The notes: a model not told the origin generated them from the letters alone. Counted from the first letter of the stretch, positions 37,919-51,479 are shown. The stretch: 64,000 nucleotides of DNA from Flavobacteriales bacterium (GCA_036835325.1 DAITMF010000012.1:5479-69478), one strand, 5' to 3'. Program-made: numbers and translations.

Positions 37919-38266
37919 TTAGAATTTCAATCCGCCCTCGCGAGCAGCTTCTGCCAATTGTTTAACTCGTCCGTGGTACAGGTAACCGTTACGGTCGAAC
38001 ACCACGGTTTCGATGCCTGCTGCTTTTGCTGCTTCGGCAATTGCCTTACCTACTGCTGCGGCTTTGTCGATTTTAGGCAGTGCGCCGTCAAGTTTCACGC
38101 TAGAAGCAGAAGCAAGGGTGCGGCCTGTGGTATCGTCAATAACCTGCGCGTAGATTTGTTTGTTGCTGCGGTAGACAGACAAACGCGGACGCTCTGTATT
38201 ACCACTGATTTTACCGCGAACACGGCGCTTGATGCGGAGACGACTATCTCGTTTAGTAATTGCCAT
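37919..38266 (-). CDS. rplR: 50S ribosomal protein L18
   Basis: ...[20 protein letters not shown]...[19 protein letters not shown]. Confidence 0.97.
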   Translation of the reverse strand: MAITKRDSRLRIKRRVRGKISGNTERPRLSVYRSNKQIYAQVIDDTTGRTLASASSVKLDGALPKIDKAAAVGKAIAEAAKAAGIETVVFDRNGYLYHGRVKQLAEAAREGGLKF

Positions 38267-38272
38267 GACCTA

Positions 38273-38830
38273 TTATTTTTTAGCTGCAGCCTTACCTGCT
38301 TTACGACGAATTTGTTCTCCTTTGTAGCGGACACCTTTTCCTTTGTACGGTTCAGGTTTGCGCAAGGAGCGCAATTTTGCTGCTACGTGACCAATCAACT
38401 GCTTATCGAAGCTTTGAAGGGTAATGAGGGGAGCCTCACCTTTTTTGGTTTCAGCTGTAACTGCGATTTCCTTCGGCAACTCGATTACAATTGGGTGGCT
38501 ATATCCGAGTGATAAGCTCAAACGCTGCCCATCTGCAGTAGCGCGGTAACCTACACCTACCAATTCGAGCTGCATGGTGTAACCTTCAGATACTCCGTGA
38601 ACCATGTTGTTGATGAGCGAGCGGTAGAGCCCGTGCTTTGCACGAACGTCTTTATCCTCTGAGCTCCGAGATACGACTATCTCTCCTTCTTCAACACGAA
38701 TGCTGAGAGCTGAATGGATGGCCTGGGTGAGTTCACCTTTGGGACCCTTCACCGAAACAACATTGTTGTCGTCAATTTTTACCTCTACTCCACTTTTCAG
38801 TGCAATGGGTGCTTTACCTACGCGTGACAT
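38273..38830 (-). CDS. rplF: 50S ribosomal protein L6
   Basis: MSRVGKAPIALKSGVEV...PEPYKGKGVRY. Confidence 0.97.
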   Translation of the reverse strand: MSRVGKAPIALKSGVEVKIDDNNVVSVKGPKGELTQAIHSALSIRVEEGEIVVSRSSEDKDVRAKHGLYRSLINNMVHGVSEGYTMQLELVGVGYRATADGQRLSLSLGYSHPIVIELPKEIAVTAETKKGEAPLITLQSFDKQLIGHVAAKLRSLRKPEPYKGKGVRYKGEQIRRKAGKAAAKK

Positions 38831-38851
38831 ATTCTAAGGTATTCTCTGTGA

Positions 38852-39250
38852 TCAATATACATAGCAGAGTACTTCTCCGCCGATGTTGCGCTGACGCGCT
38901 TCTTTATCGGTCATCACACCTTGGGATGTGCTGAGGATGGAAATGCCCAATCCGTTCATCACACGTGGAAGGTTTTCAGAACCGGCGTACTTACGAAGGC
39001 CAGGCTTACTGATACGTTGAATATCAGTGATTGCAGGGCGCTTGGTTCTAGGGTGGTACTTCAAGGCGATCTTGATGGTACCTTGAACGCTCTCGTCTGC
39101 GAACTTGTAGTTCAGGATATACCCTTTGTCAAACAAGATTTTGGTGAGTTCCTTCTTCAGGTTTGAAGCAGGGATTTCAACCACCTTGTGCTGTGCCATT
39201 TGCGCGTTACGAATACGCGTCAGGAAATCGGCTATAGGATCTGTGTACAT
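38852..39250 (-). CDS. rpsH: 30S ribosomal protein S8
   Basis: [19 protein letters not shown]... Confidence 0.97.
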   Translation of the reverse strand: MYTDPIADFLTRIRNAQMAQHKVVEIPASNLKKELTKILFDKGYILNYKFADESVQGTIKIALKYHPRTKRPAITDIQRISKPGLRKYAGSENLPRVMNGLGISILSTSQGVMTDKEARQRNIGGEVLCYVY

Positions 39251-39260
39251 AGTTCGTAGT

Positions 39261-39530
39261 TTACCAGCTTGCTTTCTTAACTCCTGGAATCTGTCCAGAC
39301 AGGGCCATCTTACGGAAGGTCACCCTTGAAATACCGAATTGGCGCATGAAACCGCGCGGACGGCCAGTGAGGCTGCAACGGTTGTGCAGGCGCACGTACG
39401 ATGAATTTTTAGGTAGCTTTTGGAGCCCTTCCCAATCACCGGCTGCTTTAAGCGCCGCACGTTTTTCTGCATAACGAGCAACAAGCTTTCTGCGCTTGCG
39501 CTCACGTGCCTTCATTGATTCTTTAGCCAT
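39261..39530 (-). CDS. rpsN: 30S ribosomal protein S14 (long, non-zinc type)
   Basis: Start ATG 39530 ([16 protein letters not shown]...KKASW); the upstream extension would overlap rplE. Confidence 0.95.
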   Translation of the reverse strand: MAKESMKARERKRRKLVARYAEKRAALKAAGDWEGLQKLPKNSSYVRLHNRCSLTGRPRGFMRQFGISRVTFRKMALSGQIPGVKKASW

Positions 39531-39534
39531 GGTA

Positions 39535-40086
39535 TCAGTTTTTCGCGAATGGGAAACCAAATGCCTCCAACAATGCCTTCGCTTCCTCGTCGGTGCGGGC
39601 GTTGGTTACGATGGTAATGTCCATTCCATTCGTGTGCTTAATTTTATCGATATCGATCTCCGGGAAGATGATTTGCTCCTTGATTCCGAAGGTGTAATTC
39701 CCACGGCCATCGAAGCCTTTCGGACGAACACCGCGGAAGTCGCGAGTACGTGGCAGAGACACCGAGATCAAACGATCGAGGAATTCATACATCCGCTCAC
39801 GACGCAATGTCACACGACAGCCGATTGGCATGCCTTTACGGAGTTTGAAGTTCGAAACGTCTTTCGTTGAAATGGTTGGCACCGCCTTTTGACCGGCGAT
39901 CATCGACATTTCTTCGACTGCGTTATCAATCATTTTCTTATCTGCCACTGCACGGCCAATACCTTGGTTAAGGCAAATTTTGGTAATGCGTGGAATCTCC
40001 ATGTCTGAAGAGTACTCAAAGCGCTCTTTCAGTTGTTTAGCGATTTCTTCGCTGTAGAGAGTTTGAAGGCGTGGTACGTAGCTCAT
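39535..40086 (-). CDS. rplE: 50S ribosomal protein L5
   Basis: [15 protein letters not shown]...; ATG 40086 forms a TGATG overlap with the rplX stop. Confidence 0.97.
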   Translation of the reverse strand: MSYVPRLQTLYSEEIAKQLKERFEYSSDMEIPRITKICLNQGIGRAVADKKMIDNAVEEMSMIAGQKAVPTISTKDVSNFKLRKGMPIGCRVTLRRERMYEFLDRLISVSLPRTRDFRGVRPKGFDGRGNYTFGIKEQIIFPEIDIDKIKHTNGMDITIVTNARTDEEAKALLEAFGFPFAKN

Positions 40087-40406
40087 CACTTAATCTCCTC
40101 GTTTGATTTTTTGGAATAGCGGACAAGTTTCCCGTTGTCACCACGACGACGGCCTACGCGGGTCGCATTTCCCTGGTTATCGATGACCATCACATTGGAG
40201 ATGTGGATACCGGCTTCTTTTTCGGTAACACCTCCTTGTGGGTTGGTTGCTGAAGGTTTGATGTGGCGAGTAACCACATTGATACCTTCAATAATGACGC
40301 GGTCTTTCGCACGTTCAACAGCGAGTACAACGCCTTCTTTGGCTTTGAATTCGCCGGCAATAACGCGAACGCGATCGCCCTTTTTTACTTTCAGTCGCTT
40401 GTCCAT
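40086..40406 (-). CDS. rplX: 50S ribosomal protein L24
   Basis: [25 protein letters not shown]... An alternative start at ATG 40421 would overlap the rplN stop by 1 nt. Confidence 0.95.
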   Translation of the reverse strand: MDKRLKVKKGDRVRVIAGEFKAKEGVVLAVERAKDRVIIEGINVVTRHIKPSATNPQGGVTEKEAGIHISNVMVIDNQGNATRVGRRRGDNGKLVRYSKKSNEEIK

Positions 40407-40420
40407 GACTCCAGTCAACA

Positions 40421-40789
40421 TTAAAGCACCTCGGGTGCCAATGACACAATTTTCATAAAGTTCTTCTCGCGAAGTTCGCGAGCTACGGGTCCGAAGATAC
40501 GTGTGCCACGCATCTCGCCAGCTTGGTTCAGCAGAACCGCAGCATTGTCGTCGAAACGGATGTAACTACCGTCTGGGCGACGAACCTCTTTTCGGGTGCG
40601 CACAACTACTGCGCGCGACACCTGGCCTTTCTTGACGTTTCCGCCGGGGGAAGCATCTTTCACGGTAACAACGATTTTGTCACCGATGCTGGCGTAGCGA
40701 CGGCGGGTGCCACCCAGGACACGGATGCAGAGAACCTCTTTGGCTCCGCTGTTGTCCGCAACTTTCAATCGACTTTCTTGCTGTATCAT
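40421..40789 (-). CDS. rplN: 50S ribosomal protein L14
   Basis: [27 protein letters not shown]... Confidence 0.97.
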   Translation of the reverse strand: MIQQESRLKVADNSGAKEVLCIRVLGGTRRRYASIGDKIVVTVKDASPGGNVKKGQVSRAVVVRTRKEVRRPDGSYIRFDDNAAVLLNQAGEMRGTRIFGPVARELREKNFMKIVSLAPEVL

Positions 40790-40815
40790 CTTCGTACTTT
40801 ATTTGAAGAGTCGAA

Positions 40816-41088
40816 TTACTTCGCTCGTTCCATAATCTCCACCAATCTCCAGCACTTACGCTTGCTTAGTGGACGTGTTTCCATGATTCGAACGGTATCA
40901 CCAATGTTGCACTCTTGGTTTTCATCGTGGGCAACAAACTTCTTGGTTTGCTTCACGAACTTCCCGTATTTACCGTGCTTCATTTTACGTTCTACCGATA
41001 CCACGATTGACTTCTCCATTTTGTTGGAGGTCACGATACCGATTCGTTCCTTTCTGAGGTTACGTGTAATTTCCATACCCTGTGTCAT
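40816..41088 (-). CDS. rpsQ: 30S ribosomal protein S17
   Basis: ...[22 protein letters not shown]...[19 protein letters not shown]. The start is ATG 41088 (TAATG overlap with rpmC) or ATG 41076. Confidence 0.95.
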   Translation of the reverse strand: MTQGMEITRNLRKERIGIVTSNKMEKSIVVSVERKMKHGKYGKFVKQTKKFVAHDENQECNIGDTVRIMETRPLSKRKCWRLVEIMERAK

Positions 41089-41282
41089 TAGGCCTTTGTT
41101 TTCCGTGCGTTAAGCTCGGTCATCAGGCGAGCAACTTCTTTCTTCTTCGTACGCAGCGTATTTGGGTTCTCCAAACCTGCAATGGTGTGGCTAAACCGCA
41201 TTTTGTGCAGTTCTTCGCGTACTTGGGTCAGGCGTTCCGCGAGGTCCGCATCTGACAATTGAGTAAAATCTTGCGCTTTCAT
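41088..41282 (-). CDS. rpmC: 50S ribosomal protein L29
   Basis: 64 aa, [30 protein letters not shown]... Confidence 0.95.
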   Translation of the reverse strand: MKAQDFTQLSDADLAERLTQVREELHKMRFSHTIAGLENPNTLRTKKKEVARLMTELNARKTKA

Positions 41283-41292
41283 AGTTGCTCAA

Positions 41293-41712
41293 TTATTCGG
41301 TGTAGTCAGGACGAACGACAAACTTGGTGCGAACCGGAAGTTTTTGTGCCGCCAAACGGAGTGCTTCTTGAGCGACTGCCAAAGGTACACCATCGCATTC
41401 GAACATGATACGTCCTGGTTTGATCACTGCTACCCAGTGACTCGGTGCACCTTTACCCTTACCCATACGTACCTCTGCAGGCTTCGATGTAATGGGTTTA
41501 TCTGGGAAGATGCGAATCCATACTTTACCTTCACGTTTCATGTAACGCGTTACGGCGATACGTGCAGATTCAATCTGGCGTGAAGTGATAAATCCTTCAT
41601 CAAGTGACTTCACACCGAACGATCCAAAGGCGATGGTAGATCCGCGGTAGGCGATTCCTTTAATGCGCCCTTTCTGATTCCGGCGGTATTTCGTTCTTTT
41701 AGGCTGTAACAT
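41293..41712 (-). CDS. rplP: 50S ribosomal protein L16
   Basis: [19 protein letters not shown]... Confidence 0.97.
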   Translation of the reverse strand: MLQPKRTKYRRNQKGRIKGIAYRGSTIAFGSFGVKSLDEGFITSRQIESARIAVTRYMKREGKVWIRIFPDKPITSKPAEVRMGKGKGAPSHWVAVIKPGRIMFECDGVPLAVAQEALRLAAQKLPVRTKFVVRPDYTE

Positions 41713-41737
41713 CGTAACTCAGCTTTATCGTGTGTTA

Positions 41738-42469
41738 TTACTTGCGACGGCGGCGGCGTGCACCCGCTGCTCCTCCTTCGGCCGCTTCAGGAGCTGCCGG
41801 ACGTTTGCTATCTTTCATTGAGGCTGCTGGGCTCAAGTCACGTTTACCGTAAACTTCACCGCGGCAAATCCATACTTTGATTCCAATGCGACCGTAAGTT
41901 GTGTGCGCTTCTGCCAAAGCGTAGTCAATGTCTGCACGGAAGGTGTGCAACGGAATACGACCGTCTTTGTACATTTCACTACGGGCCATTTCTGCACCGT
42001 TCAAACGGCCTGCGATACCTACTTTGATACCTTCAGCTCCCATACGCATGGTTCCAGCGATAGCCATTTTGATGGCACGGCGGAAAGAGATACGGGCTTC
42101 AATTTGACGAGCAATGCTATCGGCTACGAGGCGTGCATCCAATTCAGGGCGCTTGATCTCGTAGATGTTGATTTGCACTTCCTTTCCGGTGAGCTTCTTG
42201 AGCTCTTCTTTCAGTTTGTCAACTTCTGTACCACCGCGACCGATGATTACACCTGGGCGTGCAGTCTGAACTGTAACTGTAACCAGCTTGAGTGTGCGTT
42301 CGATGATAATCTTCGATACACTGGCGCGACGAAGGCGAGCCATAAGGTAACGGCGGATACGATCATCCTCCTCAATCTTATCGGCGTAACGGTTACCACC
42401 GTACCAGTTTGACTCCCATCCACGGATGAAGCCAAGTCGATTACCTATTGGGTTGGTCTTTTGTCCCAT
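41738..42469 (-). CDS. rpsC: 30S ribosomal protein S3
   Basis: [24 protein letters not shown]...; basic/Ala-rich C-terminal tail. Confidence 0.97.
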   Translation of the reverse strand: MGQKTNPIGNRLGFIRGWESNWYGGNRYADKIEEDDRIRRYLMARLRRASVSKIIIERTLKLVTVTVQTARPGVIIGRGGTEVDKLKEELKKLTGKEVQINIYEIKRPELDARLVADSIARQIEARISFRRAIKMAIAGTMRMGAEGIKVGIAGRLNGAEMARSEMYKDGRIPLHTFRADIDYALAEAHTTYGRIGIKVWICRGEVYGKRDLSPAASMKDSKRPAAPEAAEGGAAGARRRRRK

Positions 42470-42475
42470 TTCTTA

Positions 42476-42871
42476 TTATTTAACGCGGTCAACAATGACG
42501 GTTACGTGGTTACTGCGCTTGCGAATGCGGTGTGCGCGCCCTTGCGGTGCAGGACGAAGACGCTTCAACATGCGTGCACTGTCAACCTTGATTTCACTTA
42601 CAACCAATCCTGATTCTTCCGGACGATTGCCTTCGTTCTTTGACTCCCAGTTCGCAATAGCACTGCGGAGCAATTTCTCAAGGCGCAATGAAGCATCCTG
42701 CTTGCTGAACTTGAGAATGTTCAACGCCTGAAATACTTCCTTTCCGCGAATGGTATCTGCTACAATGCGCATTTTGCGGGGAGAAGTAGGGCAGTTATTA
42801 AGGCTTGCGAAAGCTACAGTTTTGTTTCCTTCTTTGCGCTCTTCTGCTCTGAGTCGTTTTCTAGCACCCAT
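42476..42871 (-). CDS. rplV: 50S ribosomal protein L22
   Basis: ...[17 protein letters not shown]...[21 protein letters not shown]. Confidence 0.96.
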   Translation of the reverse strand: MGARKRLRAEERKEGNKTVAFASLNNCPTSPRKMRIVADTIRGKEVFQALNILKFSKQDASLRLEKLLRSAIANWESKNEGNRPEESGLVVSEIKVDSARMLKRLRPAPQGRAHRIRKRSNHVTVIVDRVK

Positions 42872-42903
42872 GGCTTATTCTTTTTGGTCGCTGTGCGAGC
42901 TGA

Positions 42904-43182
42904 TTAACGTTTGCCTTTATCTTTCTTTCCGGCGTGACCGCGGAAGGTACGTGTAGGCGAAAACTCACCTAACTTGTGTCCTACCATGTTTTCGGTTACG
43001 AAAACCGGAATGAATTGTCTGCCATTGTGCACTGCGAAGGTCATTCCAACGAAGTCAGGCGTAATGGTTGAGGCACGTGACCAAGTCTTGATCACAGACT
43101 TCTTGCCTGAAGACTGGGCTTCATCAACTCGCTGAGCAAGTTTGTAGTGCACAAATGGTGGTTTCTTAAGCGAACGAGACAT
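42904..43182 (-). CDS. rpsS: 30S ribosomal protein S19
   Basis: [15 protein letters not shown]...[16 protein letters not shown]. Confidence 0.97.
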   Translation of the reverse strand: MSRSLKKPPFVHYKLAQRVDEAQSSGKKSVIKTWSRASTITPDFVGMTFAVHNGRQFIPVFVTENMVGHKLGEFSPTRTFRGHAGKKDKGKR

Positions 43183-43193
43183 TGTTAATCAGC

Positions 43194-44018
43194 TTATTTC
43201 TTACGACGTTCAATGATATACTTGCCTGAAGTCTTCTTCGGCTTGCGAGTTTTATAGCCCTTCGCAGGGATACCTTTACGGCTGCGTGGGTGACCGCCCG
43301 AAGAACGACCTTCACCACCACCCATCGGGTGATCAACCGGGTTCATTACAACACCACGTACACGTGGACGACGACCTAACCAGCGCGAGCGACCTGCTTT
43401 TCCTGAAACAGTAAGGTTATGCTCTCCATTGCTCACGGTACCGATGGTAGCCATGCAGCTTGTAAGAATCATGCGAACCTCACCGCTAGGCAACTTAACA
43501 ATCGCGTAGTTCTTGTCACGAGCGTTCAACTGCGCATAGCTTCCGGCACTGCGTGCCAAAGAACCGCCGCGTCCAGGATGGAGCTCAATGTTGTGAATAA
43601 CTGTACCGAGCGGAATGTCTGACAGGTACAAGCTGTTTCCAACTTCCGGTGCTGCCCCTTTTCCGTTCATGATTTCTTGTCCAACTTTCAATCCAGCGGG
43701 TGCAATCATGTAGCGCTTCTCTCCGTCTTTGTACTCAACGAGTGCAATGCGGGCAGAGCGGTTTGGATCGTACTCAATGGTTTGAACGATTGCCGGTACA
43801 CCGTGCTTATCGCGCTTGAAGTCAATCATACGGTAGCGACGCTTGTGACCACCTCCACGGTAGCGCATGGTCATCTTACCAGTGTTGTTACGACCGCCAG
43901 ACTTCTTAATAGGCGCGAGAAGCGGCTTATAAGGGCTGTCGGAAGTGATGTCATCAAAGGTATTAGCTACCTTATGACGCTGACCCGGGGTGATGGGCTT
44001 GAGTTTGCGAAGTGCCAT
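43194..44018 (-). CDS. rplB: 50S ribosomal protein L2
   Basis: [17 protein letters not shown]...[17 protein letters not shown]. Confidence 0.97.
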   Translation of the reverse strand: MALRKLKPITPGQRHKVANTFDDITSDSPYKPLLAPIKKSGGRNNTGKMTMRYRGGGHKRRYRMIDFKRDKHGVPAIVQTIEYDPNRSARIALVEYKDGEKRYMIAPAGLKVGQEIMNGKGAAPEVGNSLYLSDIPLGTVIHNIELHPGRGGSLARSAGSYAQLNARDKNYAIVKLPSGEVRMILTSCMATIGTVSNGEHNLTVSGKAGRSRWLGRRPRVRGVVMNPVDHPMGGGEGRSSGGHPRSRKGIPAKGYKTRKPKKTSGKYIIERRKK

Positions 44019-44031
44019 TCCTCAGTCCTCC

Positions 44032-44325
44032 TTAAATGTTATCGTAAAAATCAATGGTGTCGCCTTCAATCAGCTGCACAATTGCTTTTTTGTATCCGTT
44101 AGTTCTTCCGGTCACAACTCCGGTTTTCGTGTAGCGGCTGCGTTTCTTGCCGTCGACGTTCAAAGTGCGTACCTCAACGACCTTCACGCTGTATACAGCT
44201 TCTACGGCCTTCTTGATCTCTACTTTGTTCGCACCTTTAGCTACTACAAATCCGTAGCTATTGGTTTTCTCTGCGGCTGCAGTCAACTTCTCCGTGATGA
44301 GCGGTTTGATGAGAATCTGGTTCAT
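44032..44325 (-). CDS. rplW: 50S ribosomal protein L23
   Basis: 97 aa, MNQILIKPLITEKLT... Confidence 0.95.
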   Translation of the reverse strand: MNQILIKPLITEKLTAAAEKTNSYGFVVAKGANKVEIKKAVEAVYSVKVVEVRTLNVDGKKRSRYTKTGVVTGRTNGYKKAIVQLIEGDTIDFYDNI

Positions 44326-44329
44326 GGTC

Positions 44330-44959
44330 TTATCGCTTTAACAGATCCTGAACGATCTCGTGCGCATTGTCAACGAAGATCAGGTTCTTGCAGTTCATGA
44401 TATCATAGGTGCTCAAGTCTGACGCAACACGCACAGCATGCTTTTGAAGGTTGCGTGAAGACAAGTACACATTCTTGTCGAGAGCGGGAACCACAACCAA
44501 AGTGCGGCCACTTTCTACTTTCAGGTTCTTCATCACCTGGAGGTAGGCGCTGGTCTTAGGCGCAGCCATCTCGATTTTTTCGAGAATCATTACTCCGTTG
44601 TCTTTCACCTTGTAACTCAAGGCAGACTTGCGTGCAAGCATCTTTACCTTGCGGTTCACCTTCAAATCGTACGTGTGTGGACGTGGTCCGAACACGCGGC
44701 CACCACCTCTGAACAAAGGGTTCTTGATGCTCCCTGAGCGGGCAGTACCCGTACCCTTCTGACGCTTGAGTTTGCGGGTACTACCAGCAATCTCGTTGCG
44801 TTCTTTTGACTTGTGGGTACCTTGGCGACGGGCAGCAAGATGGCGCTTAACATCCAGGTAGATCGCGTGATCGTTTGGCTCTATGCCAAACACCGCGCTG
44901 TCTAGGGTAACCTTCTTAGAGGTCGCTTTCCCTTCGCTGTTGTATACTGAAAGTTCCAT
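44330..44959 (-). CDS. rplD: 50S ribosomal protein L4
   Basis: ...RQKGTGTARSGSIKNPLFRGGGRVFGPRP... Confidence 0.97.
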   Translation of the reverse strand: MELSVYNSEGKATSKKVTLDSAVFGIEPNDHAIYLDVKRHLAARRQGTHKSKERNEIAGSTRKLKRQKGTGTARSGSIKNPLFRGGGRVFGPRPHTYDLKVNRKVKMLARKSALSYKVKDNGVMILEKIEMAAPKTSAYLQVMKNLKVESGRTLVVVPALDKNVYLSSRNLQKHAVRVASDLSTYDIMNCKNLIFVDNAHEIVQDLLKR

Positions 44960-44960
44960 C

Positions 44961-45581
44961 TTACTTACGAATTAACAATGTTGAACCTTTGTGTCCGGGT
45001 ACAGCCCCTTTCACTACAATCAAACCATCTTCAGGCAATATTCGCATCACCTCTAGGTTCTCAATGGTTACCTGCTTATTACCGGTGCGGCCTGCCATGC
45101 GCATGCCCTTGAAAACGCGGGCTGGGTATGACGCTGCACCAATTGAACCAGGAGCACGCATACGGTTGTGCTGACCGTGGGTTGACTCACCAACACCGCT
45201 AAAGCCGTGACGCTTTACTACACCTTGGAAACCTTTTCCTTTGCTACGGCCAACTACGAAAACATAGTCACCTTCTTTGAAAATGTCTCCCACATTAACC
45301 TCATCGCCTGTCTTCAATTCCTGTGGGAAGTTGAAGAACTCAGCCATTCGTTTACGTGGTGTAACTCCGGCGCGCTTGAAATGTCCAAGCATTGGCTTCG
45401 AAGTGTTCTTTTCGCTTTTCTCACCCCAACCCAACTGTACAGCGGCATAACCGTCTTTCTCTACAGTTTTGATTTGAGTAACGACGCAAGGACCGGCTTC
45501 CAATATGGTGCATGGGACATTCTTCCCAGAGGCATTAAAGATGCTGGTCATCCCGACTTTCTTTGCAATTAGTCCAGGCAT
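44961..45581 (-). CDS. rplC: 50S ribosomal protein L3
   Basis: [15 protein letters not shown]...[13 protein letters not shown]. Confidence 0.97.
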   Translation of the reverse strand: MPGLIAKKVGMTSIFNASGKNVPCTILEAGPCVVTQIKTVEKDGYAAVQLGWGEKSEKNTSKPMLGHFKRAGVTPRKRMAEFFNFPQELKTGDEVNVGDIFKEGDYVFVVGRSKGKGFQGVVKRHGFSGVGESTHGQHNRMRAPGSIGAASYPARVFKGMRMAGRTGNKQVTIENLEVMRILPEDGLIVVKGAVPGHKGSTLLIRK

Positions 45582-45601
45582 TGCTTCTTCTCTTAAATCT
45601 G

Positions 45602-45907
45602 TTAAACTTTGATTTCTACTTCAACGCCACTTGGCAACTCGAGACGCATCAAAGCGTCAACGGTCTTCGAAGAGGAGCTGTAAATGTCGAGCAAACGCTT
45701 GTAGCTAGAAAGCTCAAACTGTTCGCGTGACTTCTTATTCACGTGAGGTGAACGGAGTACTGTGTAAATACGACGGTGAGTCGGCAGTGGAATAGGACCA
45801 CTAATTACAGCTCCGGTGGCTTTCACGGTCTTAACGATTTTCTCTGCTGACTTATCAACGAGATTGTAATCGTAAGACTTGAGTTTTATGCGGATTTTTT
45901 GTGCCAT
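45602..45907 (-). CDS. rpsJ: 30S ribosomal protein S10
   Basis: [25 protein letters not shown]... An alternative ATG at 45919 abuts the fusA stop. Confidence 0.96.
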   Translation of the reverse strand: MAQKIRIKLKSYDYNLVDKSAEKIVKTVKATGAVISGPIPLPTHRRIYTVLRSPHVNKKSREQFELSSYKRLLDIYSSSSKTVDALMRLELPSGVEVEIKV

Positions 45908-45919
45908 GATCTTTGACAA

Positions 45920-48028
<2,109 letters not shown>

Positions 48029-48049
48029 GATTGATAGCGTGTGATCGGT

Positions 48050-48517
48050 TTAGAAACGGAAATGCGAGAAGGCCTTATTTGCTTCAGCCATGCGGTGTGT
48101 ATCTTCCTTCTTCTTGAAGGTTGCTCCTTCTTCTTTGGCTGCTGCCATAATTTCGTTGGCCAAACGAAGCGACATTGATTTCTCGTTGCGCTTGCGTGAG
48201 TATCCGATCAACCATTTCATGGCCATCGACAACTTGCGGCTATCGCGGATTGGTTGTGGAATCTGGAAGGTAGCACCACCTACACGACGGCTACGTACTT
48301 CGACTGCAGGCGTTACATTGGTCAGTGCTTTCTTGAAGATTTCCAAACCGTCTTCGCCGGTTTTATCTGATACACGATCGATGGCATCGTAGAAAATGGA
48401 CAGTGCCACGCTCTTTTTGCCCTCGAGCATCAGGTTATTTACAAACTTGGTTACCAGTTCGCTGTTGAAGCGTGGGTCTGGCAACACCGGCATCCGTTTC
48501 GCTTTTTTCCTTCTCAT
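48050..48517 (-). CDS. rpsG: 30S ribosomal protein S7
   Basis: MRRKKAKRMPVLPDPRFNSELVTKFVN... Confidence 0.97.
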   Translation of the reverse strand: MRRKKAKRMPVLPDPRFNSELVTKFVNNLMLEGKKSVALSIFYDAIDRVSDKTGEDGLEIFKKALTNVTPAVEVRSRRVGGATFQIPQPIRDSRKLSMAMKWLIGYSRKRNEKSMSLRLANEIMAAAKEEGATFKKKEDTHRMAEANKAFSHFRF

Positions 48518-48536
48518 GACGCGCTAGTGGAGTGGA

Positions 48537-48953
48537 TCATTTTTTCTTTTTGGTAGGTGCTGCTGCTGCTGCGCCGCCTTTCACCTTTGGACGTTTCGTC
48601 CCGTATTTTGAACGGCGCTGGTTACGACCTTCTACACCGGCAGTGTCAAGTGCACCGCGTACAATGTGGTAACGTACACCAGGAAGGTCTTTTACACGAC
48701 CGCCGCGAACAAGTACAATGCTGTGCTCCTGAAGGTTGTGACCCTCGCCTCCGATGTACGCGTTCACCTCGTTGCCATTGGTCAAGCGAACACGCGCTAC
48801 TTTACGCATGGCTGAGTTTGGCTTCTTGGGAGTGGTCGTGTACACACGAACACACACGCCTCGGCGTTGAGGACATGCATCCAAAGCCGCAGATTTGCTG
48901 GGCTTTACCTTACTGATGCGGCCCTTCCGGATCAACTGTTGAATGGTCGGCAT
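48537..48953 (-). CDS. rpsL: 30S ribosomal protein S12
   Basis: [12 protein letters not shown]...[16 protein letters not shown]...; Ala/Lys-rich C-terminal tail. Confidence 0.97.
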   Translation of the reverse strand: MPTIQQLIRKGRISKVKPSKSAALDACPQRRGVCVRVYTTTPKKPNSAMRKVARVRLTNGNEVNAYIGGEGHNLQEHSIVLVRGGRVKDLPGVRYHIVRGALDTAGVEGRNQRRSKYGTKRPKVKGGAAAAAPTKKKK

Positions 48954-49015
48954 ATCGCGATTTTTCTAACTATTACTTGTTCAAAATGCGGTTAATCCCA
49001 AATTTTTTGGGGCTG

Positions 49016-49045
49016 CAAATGTACGAGTATATTCTCAGAATGCAA
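49016..49045 (-). promoter_or_regulatory. probable Bacteroidota sigma-A promoter of the rpsL operon
   Basis: The minus strand reads TTG-N19-TACATTTG. The -7 box TAnnTTTG lies at 49016-49023 and the TTG at 49043-49045, about 62 nt upstream of the rpsL ATG. Confidence 0.45.
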
Positions 49046-49209
49046 GTACTTGACCAACATAAATTTCAACTTTCTCGAAAAATAGTTTCAGACCACATTT
49101 TCACGTCCATCCAATCACCTTGCCCTTTTTTTCCACAATTGGCCCCTCATCCATCCATCCATACTCCTAAACCGTCTTAATTCCATTGCCGCTTTCGTAC
49201 CTTTGAACC

Positions 49210-51474
49210 GTGGATTACCTCAATGAATTGAACGATGCCCAACGCGAGGCCGTTGTGCACGTCGAAGGCCCTATGATGGTCATTGCCGGCGCAGGATCAG
49301 GCAAAACACGCGTGCTTACTTACCGCATCGCCCACCTGATTGACAGCGGTGTTGACCCGTTCTCCATCCTCGCGCTTACCTTCACCAACAAGGCCGCACG
49401 CGAAATGAAAGAACGCATCTCAAAAGTCATCGGCGAAAAAGAAGCCGCCAATGTCTGGATGGGCACCTTTCACTCCATCTTCGCACGCCTGCTCCGACTC
49501 GAGTCTGAACGCATCAACTACCCGAGAAACTTCACCATCTACGATACACAAGACAGCAAGTCACTCATCAAAGACGTAATTAAATCACTCGGACTCGACG
49601 AACAAACCTACAAGCCCGCCAATATCTACTCACGAATTTCGTCGGCAAAGAACAACCTCATCGGGCCTGATGACTACGCTCGACACACCGAAATTGTTTC
49701 AGAAGATCACCAAGCCGGACGGCCCGAAACCTCACGCATCTACGCTGAATACGCCTCTAGATGCTTCAGAGCTGGTGCCATGGATTTCGACGACCTGCTG
49801 TACAAAACCAACGTGCTCCTCCGCGACTTCCCTGATATCCTCTACCGCTATCAGAATAAATTCAGGTTTATTCTGGTGGATGAGTACCAAGACACCAATT
49901 TCGCACAGTACCTTATTATTAAGCAACTCGGTGCACGCCACCAAAACGTGTGCGTGGTGGGCGACGACGCTCAGTCAATCTACAGCTTTCGAGGGGCCAA
50001 CATCGCCAATATCCTCAACTTCAAAGCCGATTACCCTGACTTCGGCCTTTACAAACTTGAGCAAAATTACCGCTCTACCAAGGTCATCGTCAATGCCGCG
50101 AACTCGGTCATTGAAAAGAACCGAAATCAGATTAAAAAACATGTCTGGACCGCCAACGACGACGGCGATAAAATATTCCTCAACCGGTCAATGTCTGACA
50201 ACGATGAAGGGCGCTTCGTAGCGTCTGACATCTTCGAAAATCGAGGAAACACCGGCTGCCAATACTCCGATTTCGCCATCCTTTACCGAACCAACTCGCA
50301 AAGCCGCGCGTTCGAAGAGGCACTGCGAAAAATCAACCTGCCCTACCGAATCTATGGAGGGCTCTCGTTCTACCAACGAAAAGAAATCAAAGACCTCCTC
50401 GCCTATTACCGCCTCACCGCCAACCCAAACGACGATGAGGCCTTCAAGCGCGTGGTCAACTACCCGGCGCGCGGCATTGGCAAAACAACCATCGAAAAAC
50501 TGGTCATCACAGCCGCCAACTACAAGGTTTCACTGTGGGATGTTGTCACAAAACACCATGAATACCCCACCGACTTGGCTGCTGCTTCATTCCGAAAAGT
50601 CGCCGACTTCGCCACCATGGTGCAAAGCTTCGCCGCTCAAATGAACAGCCAAGCGGCGTTTGAACTGGCCTACCATATTGCAAGTCACACAGGCCTGCTG
50701 CGCGAACTCGGCACCGATAAATCACCCGAAGGCGTTGCCCGTTATGAGAACATTCAAGAACTTCTCAACGGTATAAAAGAGTTCTCCGATCAACAAGACC
50801 CGGCAAACCCTGAGGCGCTGCGCACACTGCCCGACTTCATGGTCGACGTTGCCTTGCTCACCGATGCCGATACAGGCGATGACGATGAGAACAAAATCAG
50901 CTTAATGACCATTCACGCGTCGAAAGGTCTTGAGTTCGACTTCGTATACATTGTTGGCCTTGAAGAAAACCTCTTCCCAAGCCAAATGGCATTGCACTCG
51001 CGCGAAGAGCTTGAAGAAGAACGCCGCTTGTTCTACGTGGCCATCACCCGGGCCAAGAAACGGGCAACCATGAGCTATGCCATCACGCGTTACAAATGGG
51101 GACAACTTTCACAAGCTGAACCGTCGCGTTTTATCGAAGAAATCGACCCGCAATTCGTCCTTCAACCAAGTGCATCGGCACGTCGCCCTGAACCTTTCGG
51201 CGGTTTCGGTAGCGCACAACAAAGTTATTTCAAGCAAATGCCGGGCGCTCAGCGAACCGTCAAACCGCTGGCAACAGCGACCACAGACGCCGAGATGGAT
51301 GAAGACACCATCGCCGGCATCGTTGCAGGAGCCGAGGTCGAACACGCTCGCTTCGGCAAAGGAAAAGTGCTGCACGTTGAAGGCGAAGCCCCAAACCTCA
51401 AAGCGACCGTGTTCTTCCCCTCAGCCGGACAGAAACAACTTCTGCTCAAATTCGCCAAATTACGGGTGCTCTGA
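49210..51474 (+). CDS. UvrD/PcrA/Rep-family ATP-dependent DNA helicase
   Basis: Walker A GAGSGKT, DEYQDTN motif, ...TIHASKGLEFD...YVAITRAK. GTG start at 49210 (VDYLNELNDAQREAV). Confidence 0.92.
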   Translation: MDYLNELNDAQREAVVHVEGPMMVIAGAGSGKTRVLTYRIAHLIDSGVDPFSILALTFTNKAAREMKERISKVIGEKEAANVWMGTFHSIFARLLRLESERINYPRNFTIYDTQDSKSLIKDVIKSLGLDEQTYKPANIYSRISSAKNNLIGPDDYARHTEIVSEDHQAGRPETSRIYAEYASRCFRAGAMDFDDLLYKTNVLLRDFPDILYRYQNKFRFILVDEYQDTNFAQYLIIKQLGARHQNVCVVGDDAQSIYSFRGANIANILNFKADYPDFGLYKLEQNYRSTKVIVNAANSVIEKNRNQIKKHVWTANDDGDKIFLNRSMSDNDEGRFVASDIFENRGNTGCQYSDFAILYRTNSQSRAFEEALRKINLPYRIYGGLSFYQRKEIKDLLAYYRLTANPNDDEAFKRVVNYPARGIGKTTIEKLVITAANYKVSLWDVVTKHHEYPTDLAAASFRKVADFATMVQSFAAQMNSQAAFELAYHIASHTGLLRELGTDKSPEGVARYENIQELLNGIKEFSDQQDPANPEALRTLPDFMVDVALLTDADTGDDDENKISLMTIHASKGLEFDFVYIVGLEENLFPSQMALHSREELEEERRLFYVAITRAKKRATMSYAITRYKWGQLSQAEPSRFIEEIDPQFVLQPSASARRPEPFGGFGSAQQSYFKQMPGAQRTVKPLATATTDAEMDEDTIAGIVAGAEVEHARFGKGKVLHVEGEAPNLKATVFFPSAGQKQLLLKFAKLRVL

Positions 51475-51479
51475 CTCGG

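Noticed and set aside
37901-38512. 203-aa ORF antisense to rplR/rplF, and similar long antisense or alternate-frame ORFs (40523-41113, 6875-7468, 21853-22410, 55879-56481, 60728-61399, 61742-62365, 28604-29149, 25039-25587, 49670-50221, 51077-51643)
   Set aside because: They lie entirely within strongly supported genes, have skewed or low-complexity composition, and show no start context or recognisable motifs. These are typical shadow ORFs.
49198-49205. TACCTTTG (-7-box match) upstream of the helicase gene
   Set aside because: It ends only 4 nt before the GTG start, so a transcript would begin inside or after the start codon. There is no -33 TTG at the proper spacing, so it is likely chance.
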